Of a stretch of 64,000 bases of DNA, positions 28,904-39,484 are shown one piece after another. The notes beneath the pieces are model-generated. The model ran no database searches. It had not been told where the DNA came from and saw nothing but the letters and a program-made list of their open reading frames with translations. The first letter of the stretch is position 1. Each line of letters begins with the position of its first letter. This DNA comes from Alphaproteobacteria bacterium (GTDB lineage Bacteria; Pseudomonadota; Alphaproteobacteria; Rs-D84): the NCBI GenBank assembly GCA_017935245.1, contig JAGBHZ010000011.1, positions 107,286 to 171,285 on the forward strand, read 5' to 3'. Both the position numbers and the translations under genes were made by a program.

Positions 28904-31156
28904 ATGGCAAAGAAGTTCAACATCTTATCCGCATCCGGCAAAGGAAAAGGTCTGGGGATATTTAAATCGGGTTCATACAAAGAACACGAAAAGACCCCAA
29001 TGGCGCAAATATTTTGGCGCATTCGCTGGGGATGTGGTATTTGGATTGTGGCCGCGTTGGCGTTTGGCGTATCGTTTATAATTGAACATATTTGGCGATA
29101 TGGGTGGAGTCCCGCCAGCGAAATCTGGACCAAAACATATTTAATGAACATGCTGACCAGTGGTGGTATTTCTGTGTTGGCGGAAATTCCATCATGGGTA
29201 TGGCGTTGTGTATTTCGCACTGATTTGGCATGTATGGTACCGATTTTGCCAATTATTGCGTACTATTTTCTGGCCGATGGGACGTTTACAGATGAATTTA
29301 ACCCGCATGGCAAAGATAAATTTGATGAAAAATCTTCTAATAAAGCCACCGCCGCCGATATTAAAAAGATGGCACAAAATTTCAAAAACAGCGAAGGGCT
29401 GTTCAATGGTTTTATGATGGTGTTGGGGTATTTCAAAAACAAAGGCAAAAGTATGCCACTAATGTTTGATGAATGCCTGTCAACATTGTGTGTTGCGCCC
29501 CCGGGAACCGGTAAAACCGCCGGGGTTGTTATTCCAACAATATTGGATTGCGATACAGTTTCAATGATTATTAATGACCCGAAACCAGAACTGAAACAAA
29601 CAACCAGTGGTTATCGTTCGACCATTGGGCCGGTGTTTATTATGAACTGGGCCGGCCAAGATGACCCGGCACGCGGTATATATTATCCGTCATGGAATCC
29701 GCTATCGCCCGAACACGTGCCATTTAACCAAGAACAGCGCGATTTGTATATTGATTCAATTTGCAACACACTTATCCCAGACCGTTCAGGTTCGTCGGCC
29801 GATCCACACTGGACCATAACTGGGCGGGCGGCGCTGACTGGATTTGTACAATATATCGTGTCCAAGGTTGAACGGGCCAAGGCCGATGATTATTTCTATG
29901 CACGCCTGGCCAATGGTACATTTAACGCCGAAGATGCGGCCGTGTTGTCGGATTATTATTTATCAATGATGACGGATTCAAACGCATATGCTGCGCATGC
30001 AATGCTGCAACGTGGGGAATTAAACGCAATGAACTATGTCCATGTTGGAACATGGGTAAATATCCCGGATGCGTGGCGGGGCAAAGAAGCATCTTTCCCA
30101 ATGATTCTGGATTGGCTTACATCAAGTCAGATTGCAATTTCACAACAATTAGAAGAACGACGCAAGGCCGGCGACCAGATGGTTATGATGGCAGATCCAT
30201 TAAAGGAATTGTTCCAAAACGCCGTGGACGAAGCGCGCCAATACGCATATTCACACCGCGCCGTCCAAGAATTAACACAATTGGCAAATACCCCGGACAA
30301 GGAACGTGGTTCTATTATGTCAACGGCGTTATCGGGACTAACAATTTTCCGTAATGCGGCGGTACGTAATCGAACATCACATTCGGACTTTCATTTCTCA
30401 GACCTGCGCGGGATGCGCGACCCACGTGATGGAAAAATGAAACCGGTTACGGTCTATTTGTCTATTAATATGGTTGATGCCCAGGCACTTAATCCAATCA
30501 CCGCGATATTTATTGAATTAATGTCAAACTTTCTGTTGGCAAATGCACCGGGGGGCAACCACCAAGGACAAGAATTAGGGCCATGTCCTGTGTTATTCGT
30601 TTTAGACGAAATGCCAAAAATGCAAAAAATGCAGGCCGTTATCCAGGGACCCGACCTGGGGCGTGGACAAAAGATTTCATACCTGCTAATCGGCCAGGAT
30701 TTAAACCAGATTGCTGAAAAATATGGACACGAAGCCGCCGATACAATCATATCGACAACCGCTGCTAAAATTGTTTTACGTCAAAATGACCCAGGTACCG
30801 CCGACCGTTTTTCTAAAATGATGGGCATGAAAATGAAAAAAGAAAAAGGTGCCGACGGTAAAGAAGTTACCAAGGAATCATTGCTTTATACACCAATGGA
30901 TATTATGAAGTTGGAAGAGGGAAAACAACTGGTTATTATCCAGGGGCACTATAACCGCCCGATTGAGGCAGACCAAGAAAGATGGTTCTTGAACAAAACA
31001 CCGGTTCAAAAAGAACTGTTTAAAAAGGTTCAAATGGGCGAAGCACCACCATTACCAGAATTCTTGGTTGCGTCGCATCATCGTGCGCTGGGGTTCAGTG
31101 GGACACCACGAATATATTATCCCGCAACAAAAGAAATTAAAATTTTATCAGAATAA
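28904..31156 (+). CDS. virD4: Type IV secretion system coupling protein VirD4/TraG family
   Basis: N-terminal transmembrane helices, Walker A (VAPPGTGKTAGVVIPTIL), a Walker B region (VLFVLDEMPKMQ). 750 aa. No other vir gene lies nearby. Confidence 0.8.
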   Translation: MAKKFNILSASGKGKGLGIFKSGSYKEHEKTPMAQIFWRIRWGCGIWIVAALAFGVSFIIEHIWRYGWSPASEIWTKTYLMNMLTSGGISVLAEIPSWVWRCVFRTDLACMVPILPIIAYYFLADGTFTDEFNPHGKDKFDEKSSNKATAADIKKMAQNFKNSEGLFNGFMMVLGYFKNKGKSMPLMFDECLSTLCVAPPGTGKTAGVVIPTILDCDTVSMIINDPKPELKQTTSGYRSTIGPVFIMNWAGQDDPARGIYYPSWNPLSPEHVPFNQEQRDLYIDSICNTLIPDRSGSSADPHWTITGRAALTGFVQYIVSKVERAKADDYFYARLANGTFNAEDAAVLSDYYLSMMTDSNAYAAHAMLQRGELNAMNYVHVGTWVNIPDAWRGKEASFPMILDWLTSSQIAISQQLEERRKAGDQMVMMADPLKELFQNAVDEARQYAYSHRAVQELTQLANTPDKERGSIMSTALSGLTIFRNAAVRNRTSHSDFHFSDLRGMRDPRDGKMKPVTVYLSINMVDAQALNPITAIFIELMSNFLLANAPGGNHQGQELGPCPVLFVLDEMPKMQKMQAVIQGPDLGRGQKISYLLIGQDLNQIAEKYGHEAADTIISTTAAKIVLRQNDPGTADRFSKMMGMKMKKEKGADGKEVTKESLLYTPMDIMKLEEGKQLVIIQGHYNRPIEADQERWFLNKTPVQKELFKKVQMGEAPPLPEFLVASHHRALGFSGTPRIYYPATKEIKILSE

Positions 31157-31201
31157 AAACACCGGAAAATACCGGTGTTTTTATTACCCTTTTTTTCACA
31201 A

Positions 31202-33505
31202 TTATTTATCGCGGATTTGTGCATTGCATTTGTTTTCAACAGATTTAATTACCGCGTCTTGGATTTTTAATAAATCTGAATCTGACATGTTTTCACGTGG
31301 CTGGATGGTAATTGTAAATGCAATCGATTTTTTACCTTCCGACAAATCAAATGCATCAAATACAACCACGTCTGTTATGCGCGCGTCCGCAGATATCGCC
31401 GCGCCTGTTAATTTTTCCGCCGGCATATCCATATCCACAATAAACGCAAAATCACGTGTTATCGGCTGAAATTCAGATGGTGTGATATTTTTCCCAACGC
31501 GTCGTTGTGGCATGTTGTTAATATCATCAACAATCGCAACTACAACATTTGTTTTAATGCGTAATTTTTTCGCAATTGATGGATGAAGTTCACCAAATTC
31601 CGCCAATGTGCGTTTACCCTGAATAATTTTACCATAACGGTATGGATGTGCCCAGCGTGGTACATCATCGGTTGATATGGTATATTTCTGGCCGTTTAAC
31701 ATTGAAACAATATCTGATTTTACATCATATATATCCACATCACGCGTGCGCGACTGCCAATGTTTTGGGCCGGTGCGACCGGTGCGAACAATACATAATG
31801 ACGCGTGTTGCATACCCGGCGCATCACCATCAAATACCGTTCCCAATTCAAACAAATTTAAATCTGCAAATCCACGTTTTTCATTATTAGACACCGTTTC
31901 CAGCAATCCGCCCAACAGACCATTACGCGCTGTATCCATATCGGTTGTAATTGGATTTGCAATTTTAACAATTGGTTTATCTGATAGTAATTGTTCCGTT
32001 GTGCTGCAACCAAATGCATATGAACAGCATTCGTTCAATCCACACGACGCCAGATGACGCTTTAAATACAATTCATGATTATACTTTTTTTCAACATCAC
32101 CAATTGTATGTGTGGCCGCCAACGCTAATTTTTCATAACCATATATACGCAGTAAATCCGCCACAATCGTTTCAGGAATCTGAACATCAACACGACGCGA
32201 TGGTGGGGTTACCAACCAATTTTTACCCACAATTTCCAGCGTATAGCCCAATTTTTCCAAAATATCACGTTGGATATTTTCATCCATATCGGCGCCCGTC
32301 TTTTGTGCAAAATATTTCGGCGTATATTCTATTTTTGTATCGGTTAATTTATCCATGCCCGCCGAATATGCCGTTGTAATTTTACCACCACATGCGTCCA
32401 TTATTATATTCGCCGCATTCATCGCCGCCACGCCGGTTATTGTTGGGTCAATACCACGTTCATAGCGGTATGATGCGTCCGTTGACATACCGATTCTTTT
32501 CGCAGATTTTCGAACAGAGACCGGGTCAAAATACGCAGATTCCAAGATAATATTTTTGGTATCATCGGTTGTTGAACCACGCGCGCCACCAATAACACCC
32601 GCCAACGCCAAGATGCCCATATCGTCGGCAATAACCATATCCGTGTCCGTCAATTCATGTTCGCCACCGAACAGGTCTGTGAACTTTTCGCCAGATTTTG
32701 CCATACGAACAACGATATCGCCGTGAATTTGGTCCGCATCAAAACAATGCATAGGCTGGGCCATATCATAACAGATATAGTTTGTTGCATCGATTGCCGC
32801 GTTTTTCGGATTGATACCAATCGCGCGCAGACGTGATGCAATTTTTTCCGAACTGGGGGCGATTTTTACACCGCTGATTTCAATTAGTTTATATGTTGCA
32901 CATTTATCAGTTTTAATAACCGCGCGACGATTTCCCGCAATTGGCTTAAATTCTGTATCATGTGGCGCGATATATTTACCCGCATTGGATGCCGATAAAT
33001 CACGCGCAATACCACGCACCGATAAATAATCTGGACGGTTTGGTGTAATACCGGCATCAAATACCGTTTTTACATCCAAGACCGGCGCGCCAATTTTTGT
33101 ATCGTCTGGTAATTCAATAATACCACTGTGGTCGTCATTTATACCCAATTCTTTACCGGAACACATCATACCATCAGACATCACACCACGCAGTTTACCA
33201 GATGTTATTTCGTGTCCATCAATCACACACCCCGGCACCGCCAGCGCAGAAACCAGCCCCACACGTGCATTTGGCGCACCACAGACAACCTGGCGCAATG
33301 TGCCCGTTCCATCATCAACCATTAAAACATGCAAATGATCACTGTTTTCATGTGGTTTGCATTCAACAATACGCGCTGCAATTGGGGCGGTGGGGGTTGT
33401 TAAATCTTCAACCTCTAAACCAATTCGCGTCAATTCATCCGCGATTTGTTCGGGTGTTAAATCTGTATCTAAATATTCTTGTAACCAATCATATGTCCAT
33501 TTCAT
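31202..33505 (-). CDS. pheT: Phenylalanyl-tRNA synthetase beta subunit
   Basis: N-terminal MKWTYDWLQEY...; B3/4, B5 and FDX-ACB domain order. 767 aa. Follows pheS. Confidence 0.93.
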   Translation of the reverse strand: MKWTYDWLQEYLDTDLTPEQIADELTRIGLEVEDLTTPTAPIAARIVECKPHENSDHLHVLMVDDGTGTLRQVVCGAPNARVGLVSALAVPGCVIDGHEITSGKLRGVMSDGMMCSGKELGINDDHSGIIELPDDTKIGAPVLDVKTVFDAGITPNRPDYLSVRGIARDLSASNAGKYIAPHDTEFKPIAGNRRAVIKTDKCATYKLIEISGVKIAPSSEKIASRLRAIGINPKNAAIDATNYICYDMAQPMHCFDADQIHGDIVVRMAKSGEKFTDLFGGEHELTDTDMVIADDMGILALAGVIGGARGSTTDDTKNIILESAYFDPVSVRKSAKRIGMSTDASYRYERGIDPTITGVAAMNAANIIMDACGGKITTAYSAGMDKLTDTKIEYTPKYFAQKTGADMDENIQRDILEKLGYTLEIVGKNWLVTPPSRRVDVQIPETIVADLLRIYGYEKLALAATHTIGDVEKKYNHELYLKRHLASCGLNECCSYAFGCSTTEQLLSDKPIVKIANPITTDMDTARNGLLGGLLETVSNNEKRGFADLNLFELGTVFDGDAPGMQHASLCIVRTGRTGPKHWQSRTRDVDIYDVKSDIVSMLNGQKYTISTDDVPRWAHPYRYGKIIQGKRTLAEFGELHPSIAKKLRIKTNVVVAIVDDINNMPQRRVGKNITPSEFQPITRDFAFIVDMDMPAEKLTGAAISADARITDVVVFDAFDLSEGKKSIAFTITIQPRENMSDSDLLKIQDAVIKSVENKCNAQIRDK

Positions 33506-33520
33506 TTTTTTGCCCCCACA

Positions 33521-34468
33521 TTAGAATCCAGCACTTTTTAACCATCTGACGTCATTGCCACGAAAATCGCGCAAATCTGGCAATCCATATTTCAACATTG
33601 CCAATCTATCCCAACCAAATCCAAATGCAAAGCCCTGGTATTGGTCTGGGTTAATACCGCAATTACGCAAAACATTTGGATGAACCATACCCGCACCCAT
33701 AATTTCCAACCAGCGTCCGTTTTTCCATTTCAAGTCAACCTCTATCGATGGGTCGGTAAATGGGAAATACGACGGACGAATACGCAATTCAACCGCGTCC
33801 ATTTCAAAGAAGCGTTTTAAAAATGCACGAATATCACCAATTAAATCCGACATTGTGATATTTTTATTAACATATAACCCTTCGATTTGACCGAACATAG
33901 GCGCATGCGTTGCGTCCATTTCTTTGCGGTATGTGGCACCAATACCAAACATTTTTATCGGCGCGCCCGTTTTTTCCATAGTGCGAATTTGAATCGCAGA
34001 TGTCTGGGTACGCATAACATTACCATTTTCTAAAAAGAAGGAATCTTGCATATCACGGGCCGGATGATAGTCCGGTGTATTTAACGCGGTAAAGTTATGC
34101 CAATCATCTTCGATTTCAGGCCCGGTGTGGGGCGTATAACCAAATGATTGCAAAATTTCAGAAATTTCAATCAAACTTTGCGTCATTGGATGAAGTGTAC
34201 CACGATTTTCAGGCGATGTATTTAAGGAAACATCTAACTTCTGCTTTTTTAAGCCCGCCATCAATACCGCATTTTCAATTTCCGCCTGGCGCGTTTTAAA
34301 CAATTCGCGCAATGTCTGATTTTCCAGATTTAATGCCGCACGCGCATTGTTGTCCATATTCTTCATTTCTTTCAGGCGCGCGGTCATTGTACCGTTTTTA
34401 CCAAACGTTGCAGTATATAACGCCGATAATTCATCCAGTGTATTTATATTTTTTATTTGTTCATGCAT
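33521..34468 (-). CDS. pheS: Phenylalanyl-tRNA synthetase alpha subunit
   Basis: Class II motifs (FPFTDPSIEVDL, GFAFGFGWDRLAMLKYG). 315 aa. Confidence 0.93.
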   Translation of the reverse strand: MHEQIKNINTLDELSALYTATFGKNGTMTARLKEMKNMDNNARAALNLENQTLRELFKTRQAEIENAVLMAGLKKQKLDVSLNTSPENRGTLHPMTQSLIEISEILQSFGYTPHTGPEIEDDWHNFTALNTPDYHPARDMQDSFFLENGNVMRTQTSAIQIRTMEKTGAPIKMFGIGATYRKEMDATHAPMFGQIEGLYVNKNITMSDLIGDIRAFLKRFFEMDAVELRIRPSYFPFTDPSIEVDLKWKNGRWLEIMGAGMVHPNVLRNCGINPDQYQGFAFGFGWDRLAMLKYGLPDLRDFRGNDVRWLKSAGF

Positions 34469-34559
34469 AACTATTACCTTAATAAAACTTTTAACTATTA
34501 ATAAAGGCCGTCAATTGACGACCTTTATATTACAAAACAAATACCCCGCCGACAAGGGA

Positions 34560-34928
34560 TTATTTAGATTCCCCGGCGATAAATCGTTTTGCAGTATCAA
34601 CCAATTTAACAAAGTTTGCATCACCAGCGTATGCCACTTCGGCCAACACTTTTCTGTCTAATGCAATACCAGCCTTTTTCAAGCCGTTCATAAACTGGCT
34701 GTATGTCATACCGTTTTGACGTACCGCGGCATTAATGCGGACAATCCACAAACCACGAAATTCACGTTTTTTAACGCGACGATCGCGATATGCATACTGG
34801 CCCGCTTTTTCTGTTTTTTCACGGGCGGCACGATATGTTGAGTGATGACGGCCCAAGTAACCCTTGGCACGCGCCAAAATCTTGTTATGTTTCTGTTTAA
34901 CAGTTGTTCCACGTTTAACTCTTGCCAT
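34560..34928 (-). CDS. rplT: 50S ribosomal protein L20
   Basis: [24 protein letters not shown]...; 122 aa. Confidence 0.95.
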   Translation of the reverse strand: MARVKRGTTVKQKHNKILARAKGYLGRHHSTYRAAREKTEKAGQYAYRDRRVKKREFRGLWIVRINAAVRQNGMTYSQFMNGLKKAGIALDRKVLAEVAYAGDANFVKLVDTAKRFIAGESK

Positions 34929-34943
34929 GACTAAACCCCTTTA

Positions 34944-35147
34944 TTATTTCAACCCATATGGCGCCAAGATTTTAGCCTGGCCGACCATGTTATCGTTCAA
35001 ATACTGTGGTTTAGAACCCGCGTTGTTTGCACGCGCAGATTTTTTACGCAACAGTTTCTTGTGGGCGTTACGCGCAACACGGATTTTACCGGTCGCAGTC
35101 ATAGACGCACGCTTTTTCAAGTATGACTTTGTCTTTAATTTTGGCAT
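34944..35147 (-). CDS. rpmI: 50S ribosomal protein L35
   Basis: MPKLKTKSYLKKRASMTATGKI...; 67 aa. No infC is adjacent. Confidence 0.92.
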   Translation of the reverse strand: MPKLKTKSYLKKRASMTATGKIRVARNAHKKLLRKKSARANNAGSKPQYLNDNMVGQAKILAPYGLK

Positions 35148-35266
35148 TTTATATCCTTTTATTTTTAGGTGTTTTTATAGTCTGGTGGCAATGCCTGCCA
35201 CTTTGACTGATGTGTATTTTGGCATATTTCTTTTAAAAATCAAGTTTTTATTGAATATCGGACTTT

Positions 35267-36109
35267 TTGCGTATAAACTGGACCACGATGAATCAAAACA
35301 AACTATCTTCCAGGGTATATACAATTAGTAAATCGGCCGCCGCGGCCGCGGTTTTGCCAATTGTTTTTATATACATTATGGTCGCAAAGCCAGATTATAA
35401 CAAAATGAACGGTATGGCACATGTTGTTTTGCCGGTTGCAAACGCAGTTGGAAATTTTGTTACATGGCCAATTCGCGCAATCGGTAATGCCGCAGATAAT
35501 ATCCGGGAAATGTCAAATCTGCGCGATGACAACGAAGAGTTAACGGTCAGATTGGAACAAGCACTTAGCAATAAACACGCATGTGATATTGCAATGGCCG
35601 AGAATAAAAAATTAAACAATGAATTAAATATGGTATCGGCACAACCGCGAAAAACAATTGTTGCAGATATTTTATTCGATAATGATGCATTACATCATTC
35701 GACATTTATTATAAATCGTGGCACAGATAACGGTATTAAACGCGGTATGGTGGTTGTTTCGATGACTAATCAATTAGTTGGTGTCATTATTGACGTAGGT
35801 GGTAATTTTGCACGTGTACGCGCACTGGATGATTCTGATACAAATATTGCCGTACGTATCGCCGGGTCCGAGGTTTATGGATTCTTGTCCGGAAACGGTA
35901 CAAATACCGCCCGTATTGGTTTTTTTAGCGACCCACAATTCCAGGCAACACCGGGACTGATATTAACCACCAGTAATATTAGTGGGGTTTTACCCAATGG
36001 TATTATTGTCGGGGAAATGATTAACGAAAAAGATGTTAAAATTCTTAACATGAAACAAATTAGTCGGGTTATGGTTTTGGAATTTGATAATCTGGGTGAA
36101 TACAGGTAA
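35267..36109 (+). CDS. mreC: Rod shape-determining protein MreC
   Basis: N-terminal transmembrane helix, a coiled-coil (NEELTVRLEQA...NNELN), a C-terminal beta-domain, and its position before mreD and mrdA. No mreB is upstream. Confidence 0.8.
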   Translation: MRINWTTMNQNKLSSRVYTISKSAAAAAVLPIVFIYIMVAKPDYNKMNGMAHVVLPVANAVGNFVTWPIRAIGNAADNIREMSNLRDDNEELTVRLEQALSNKHACDIAMAENKKLNNELNMVSAQPRKTIVADILFDNDALHHSTFIINRGTDNGIKRGMVVVSMTNQLVGVIIDVGGNFARVRALDDSDTNIAVRIAGSEVYGFLSGNGTNTARIGFFSDPQFQATPGLILTTSNISGVLPNGIIVGEMINEKDVKILNMKQISRVMVLEFDNLGEYR

Positions 36110-36561
36110 TGAAGGATAAAATTATAAATTTTCTTTATAAAGCGACACCATGGTTATCGGTTTTGATACTGTGGCGGCTGTCTGTATCTTTTTGGAACCC
36201 GGCTGGAATATTGGCAATTATTCCAATTTTTTACTGTTCTTTTGTACGACCGGTACCATGGTTTGCGCCATTTGCGTTATTATTTTGCTTTTTGATAGAT
36301 TACAAGTTTGGCACATTGGTATTTTGGACATCTTTGTATTGTTTTTTCTATGCACTTAATGGATTCCAAACATTTTTTGATGTAACAAAAATTGATAAAA
36401 ACGCAATTCATGTATTTATGATATTTTTGTTTGTTGGGTTGATAATACTGCTGATTCCAAATATAACATTTTACGGATTGCTAAAGACAATTTGGCTGTT
36501 TTTATGGATAACCGCACTGTATATTCCAATTACTGAATTATTAAAAAGGGTAACAAAATGA
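36109..36561 (+). CDS. mreD: Rod shape-determining protein MreD
   Basis: 150-aa polytopic membrane protein between mreC and mrdA, with start/stop overlaps. Confidence 0.65.
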   Translation: MKDKIINFLYKATPWLSVLILWRLSVSFWNPAGILAIIPIFYCSFVRPVPWFAPFALLFCFLIDYKFGTLVFWTSLYCFFYALNGFQTFFDVTKIDKNAIHVFMIFLFVGLIILLIPNITFYGLLKTIWLFLWITALYIPITELLKRVTK

Positions 36562-38336
36562 TTGATAAAGAAGTTGCCCGTACATTTGACCGACGCAGCG
36601 CACTGTTTTTAACCGGTGGGGCGGTTTTAACATCTGTTTTGGTGTTGCGTATGTTACAAATGCAATTATTTAATTATCGTGAATATACACAAAAAAGTGA
36701 AAATAATTCATATCGTACACAACTGGATATGGCGGTGCGTGGCCAGATTTTATCCGCAAATGGAACACCAATTTCACGCGATATTCCAATTTACCGTATA
36801 TATATTATTCCCGAAGAATCAAATGATATAGAAACACTTGTAACCACCGTTGCGGCGGATTTAAACCTGAAAGAAAAGGCGGTTAAAAATATTCGCAAAA
36901 AAATTAATAAACAACCTAAATTCCAACCGGTGTTGGTAAGCGAAAATACAGATTGGAAAAAACTAGCAAAAATTCAGGCTAAAAATTTACCGGGATTACA
37001 TGTAGAAAGTGGATATGGTCGCGCATATGAATTGGGCCCGGCGGGCGCCCAGATTTTTGGTTATGTCGGCGCACCAAGTAAATCTGTGGCAAATGCACCA
37101 TTTTTTACAACCGGTATAACGGGGCTGGAAAAACGTTTTGATGATGATTTGGCGGGCATACCGGGACAAACCGTTATGATTACAAATGCCGTTGGACGTG
37201 TTACCGGCGAAGATAAATCACAATTTATCCCGTCAATCCCAGGGGATAACATAAAGACAACAATCGATGATGAAATTCAAAGAAAGTTATACGATGCATT
37301 AACACAACATCGTTCGGGATGTGGTGTGGTTATGGATATAAAATCTGGTAATGTTTTATCAATGGTTTCAACCCCCAGTTTTGATCCAAATGTATTCAGA
37401 ACAAATGATGGTGATGAATATATAGATAATTTGTTGGAAGATTACGCAAAACCATTTATGAACAAGGCAATCGAGGGTCTGTATCCACCGGGTTCAACAT
37501 TTAAAATTGTTGTGGCGCTGGCGGGACTGGAATCGGGCGCAATTACCCCAAAAGAAAAGGTTTATTGTCCGGGACATTGGGACTATGGCGACAGAAGATA
37601 TCATTGCTGGGAAGACAAGGGACACGGAAACGTCGATTTATACGGCGCGTTAAAGCATTCTTGTGATATTTATTTTTATCAGATGGCACTGCGTATTGGT
37701 ATTGATGCGATTAAGGCAATGGCGATAAAACTGGGGTTCACAGAAAAATATATGGATGATATTTTGGCACGTGAAATGCCAGGGGTTATCCCAGATCGCA
37801 AGTGGAAGGAAAAACAAATTGGTTCCCGCTGGGTTCACGGGGATACAATTATTTCTGGTATCGGCCAGGGATTTATTTTGGCAAATTGCCTGCAACTGGC
37901 CACAATGATGGCGCGGGTTGCATCAAATAAAGTTGTTGTTCCACGTATAATTAACGATGGAAAAACACCACAGTTTAAAGGTCTTAGATTACATGATAAG
38001 AATATTAAACATGTGCTAAAAGGATTAGAACAGGTATTACAGACCGGTGGTACCGCCGCCGGCAGTGCCGTTAATGTCAAAGGGATGAAAATGGGTGGAA
38101 AAACCGGAACATCCCAGGTGCGCAGTATTTCAAAAAAAGAAAGATTAAGTGGTGTACTAACAAACGAACAACTAAAATGGAGTATGCGTAACCACGGCCT
38201 GTTTGTGGGATATGCGCCACTGGACGCGCCAAAATACGCCGTTTGTGTGGTTACCGAACATTCCGGGTCCAGTGGCCCCGCCGCACGAACCGCCGCAACA
38301 GTTATGCGTGAATTATTAAAAAGGGATGCAAAATAA
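36558..38336 (+). CDS. mrdA: Penicillin-binding protein 2 (elongation transpeptidase)
   Basis: STFK (SxxK), SGN-like and KTGT motifs, and an N-terminal membrane anchor. 592 aa. Confidence 0.92.
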   Translation: MIDKEVARTFDRRSALFLTGGAVLTSVLVLRMLQMQLFNYREYTQKSENNSYRTQLDMAVRGQILSANGTPISRDIPIYRIYIIPEESNDIETLVTTVAADLNLKEKAVKNIRKKINKQPKFQPVLVSENTDWKKLAKIQAKNLPGLHVESGYGRAYELGPAGAQIFGYVGAPSKSVANAPFFTTGITGLEKRFDDDLAGIPGQTVMITNAVGRVTGEDKSQFIPSIPGDNIKTTIDDEIQRKLYDALTQHRSGCGVVMDIKSGNVLSMVSTPSFDPNVFRTNDGDEYIDNLLEDYAKPFMNKAIEGLYPPGSTFKIVVALAGLESGAITPKEKVYCPGHWDYGDRRYHCWEDKGHGNVDLYGALKHSCDIYFYQMALRIGIDAIKAMAIKLGFTEKYMDDILAREMPGVIPDRKWKEKQIGSRWVHGDTIISGIGQGFILANCLQLATMMARVASNKVVVPRIINDGKTPQFKGLRLHDKNIKHVLKGLEQVLQTGGTAAGSAVNVKGMKMGGKTGTSQVRSISKKERLSGVLTNEQLKWSMRNHGLFVGYAPLDAPKYAVCVVTEHSGSSGPAARTAATVMRELLKRDAK

Positions 38337-39481
38337 TGGTAAAACAAACACGTGTGTCAAATGCATCTATGATGGGATTTTCTGAAAAACTGGCGCGGTT
38401 TTCGTGGGGGCTGTTTGTTCCAATGTGTATTGTTTTGGCAATATCCATTGTTGTGCTTTATTCGGCCGGTGGTGGGGCGTGGCGGCCGTTTGCATTATCA
38501 CAGTTATCTAAAATTATATTGGGATTTGCAGTGTTTTTTATTGCGGCATTTTCAAATATAAAAACATGGATTCGATCGGCCTATTTAATTTATGCGGTTG
38601 CATTAATTATGATTGTTTTGGTTACGTTTGTTGGACATACCGGTATGGGGGCACAACGTTGGCTAAATCTGGGGATTATTCATGTTCAGCCATCAGAATT
38701 AATTAAAATCGCATTGGTGTTGGCATTGGCACGTTATTTCGCATGGATGAATTCTGTGGAATTAGGAAAGTTTAAAAACTATCTGGTACCGGGATTAATG
38801 TTGTTGGTGCCGTTTGGTCTGATTGTTGCACAACCCGACCTGGGGACAGCATTATCATTGGGGATGATTACGGTTGGGGTATTTTACATTGTTGGCGCAA
38901 ATAAAAAATGGTTTATTATTGCGGCAATACTGGGGTTAATGGCCGCGCCGGTTATTTGGTATGGTGGGTTACATGATTATCAACGGGGGCGTATTATTAC
39001 TTTTATTAACCCAGACGCCGATGTCCAAGGGGCAGGTTATCAAATAAACCAGGCAAAAATAGCATTTGGTTCGGGCGGTATGCTGGGGAAGGGGTATATG
39101 AAGGGGTCCCAATCACAACAATCTTTTTTGCCCGAAAAACATACTGATTTTATATTTACTATGCTGGGCGAAGAATTTGGTTTTATGGGTGCATTTGGTC
39201 TATTGATGATTTATTCTTGGATAATTATCGTATTGTTTTGGGCCGCAAAAACATGTCGAAATAGATTTGGTCAATTAATTTGTTTTGGTTTTATGTTGAA
39301 CTTTTTTATTTATTATTTTATAAATATTGCCATGGTTTTAGGGTTAATGCCAACCGTTGGGGTGCCATTGCCATTAATGTCTTTTGGTGGCAGCAGTCTG
39401 CTTTCCCTTATGTTTGGATTCGGTTTGGCCCAGAACGCACATATTCACAAAGACCAACAATTATCGGCCAAGGGGAGTTAA
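38336..39481 (+). CDS. rodA: Peptidoglycan glycosyltransferase RodA (SEDS family)
   Basis: FtsW/RodA/SpoVE polytopic membrane protein (PEKHTDFIFTMLGEEFGFMGA). 381 aa. Follows mrdA. Confidence 0.92.
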   Translation: MVKQTRVSNASMMGFSEKLARFSWGLFVPMCIVLAISIVVLYSAGGGAWRPFALSQLSKIILGFAVFFIAAFSNIKTWIRSAYLIYAVALIMIVLVTFVGHTGMGAQRWLNLGIIHVQPSELIKIALVLALARYFAWMNSVELGKFKNYLVPGLMLLVPFGLIVAQPDLGTALSLGMITVGVFYIVGANKKWFIIAAILGLMAAPVIWYGGLHDYQRGRIITFINPDADVQGAGYQINQAKIAFGSGGMLGKGYMKGSQSQQSFLPEKHTDFIFTMLGEEFGFMGAFGLLMIYSWIIIVLFWAAKTCRNRFGQLICFGFMLNFFIYYFINIAMVLGLMPTVGVPLPLMSFGGSSLLSLMFGFGLAQNAHIHKDQQLSAKGS

Positions 39482-39484
39482 GAT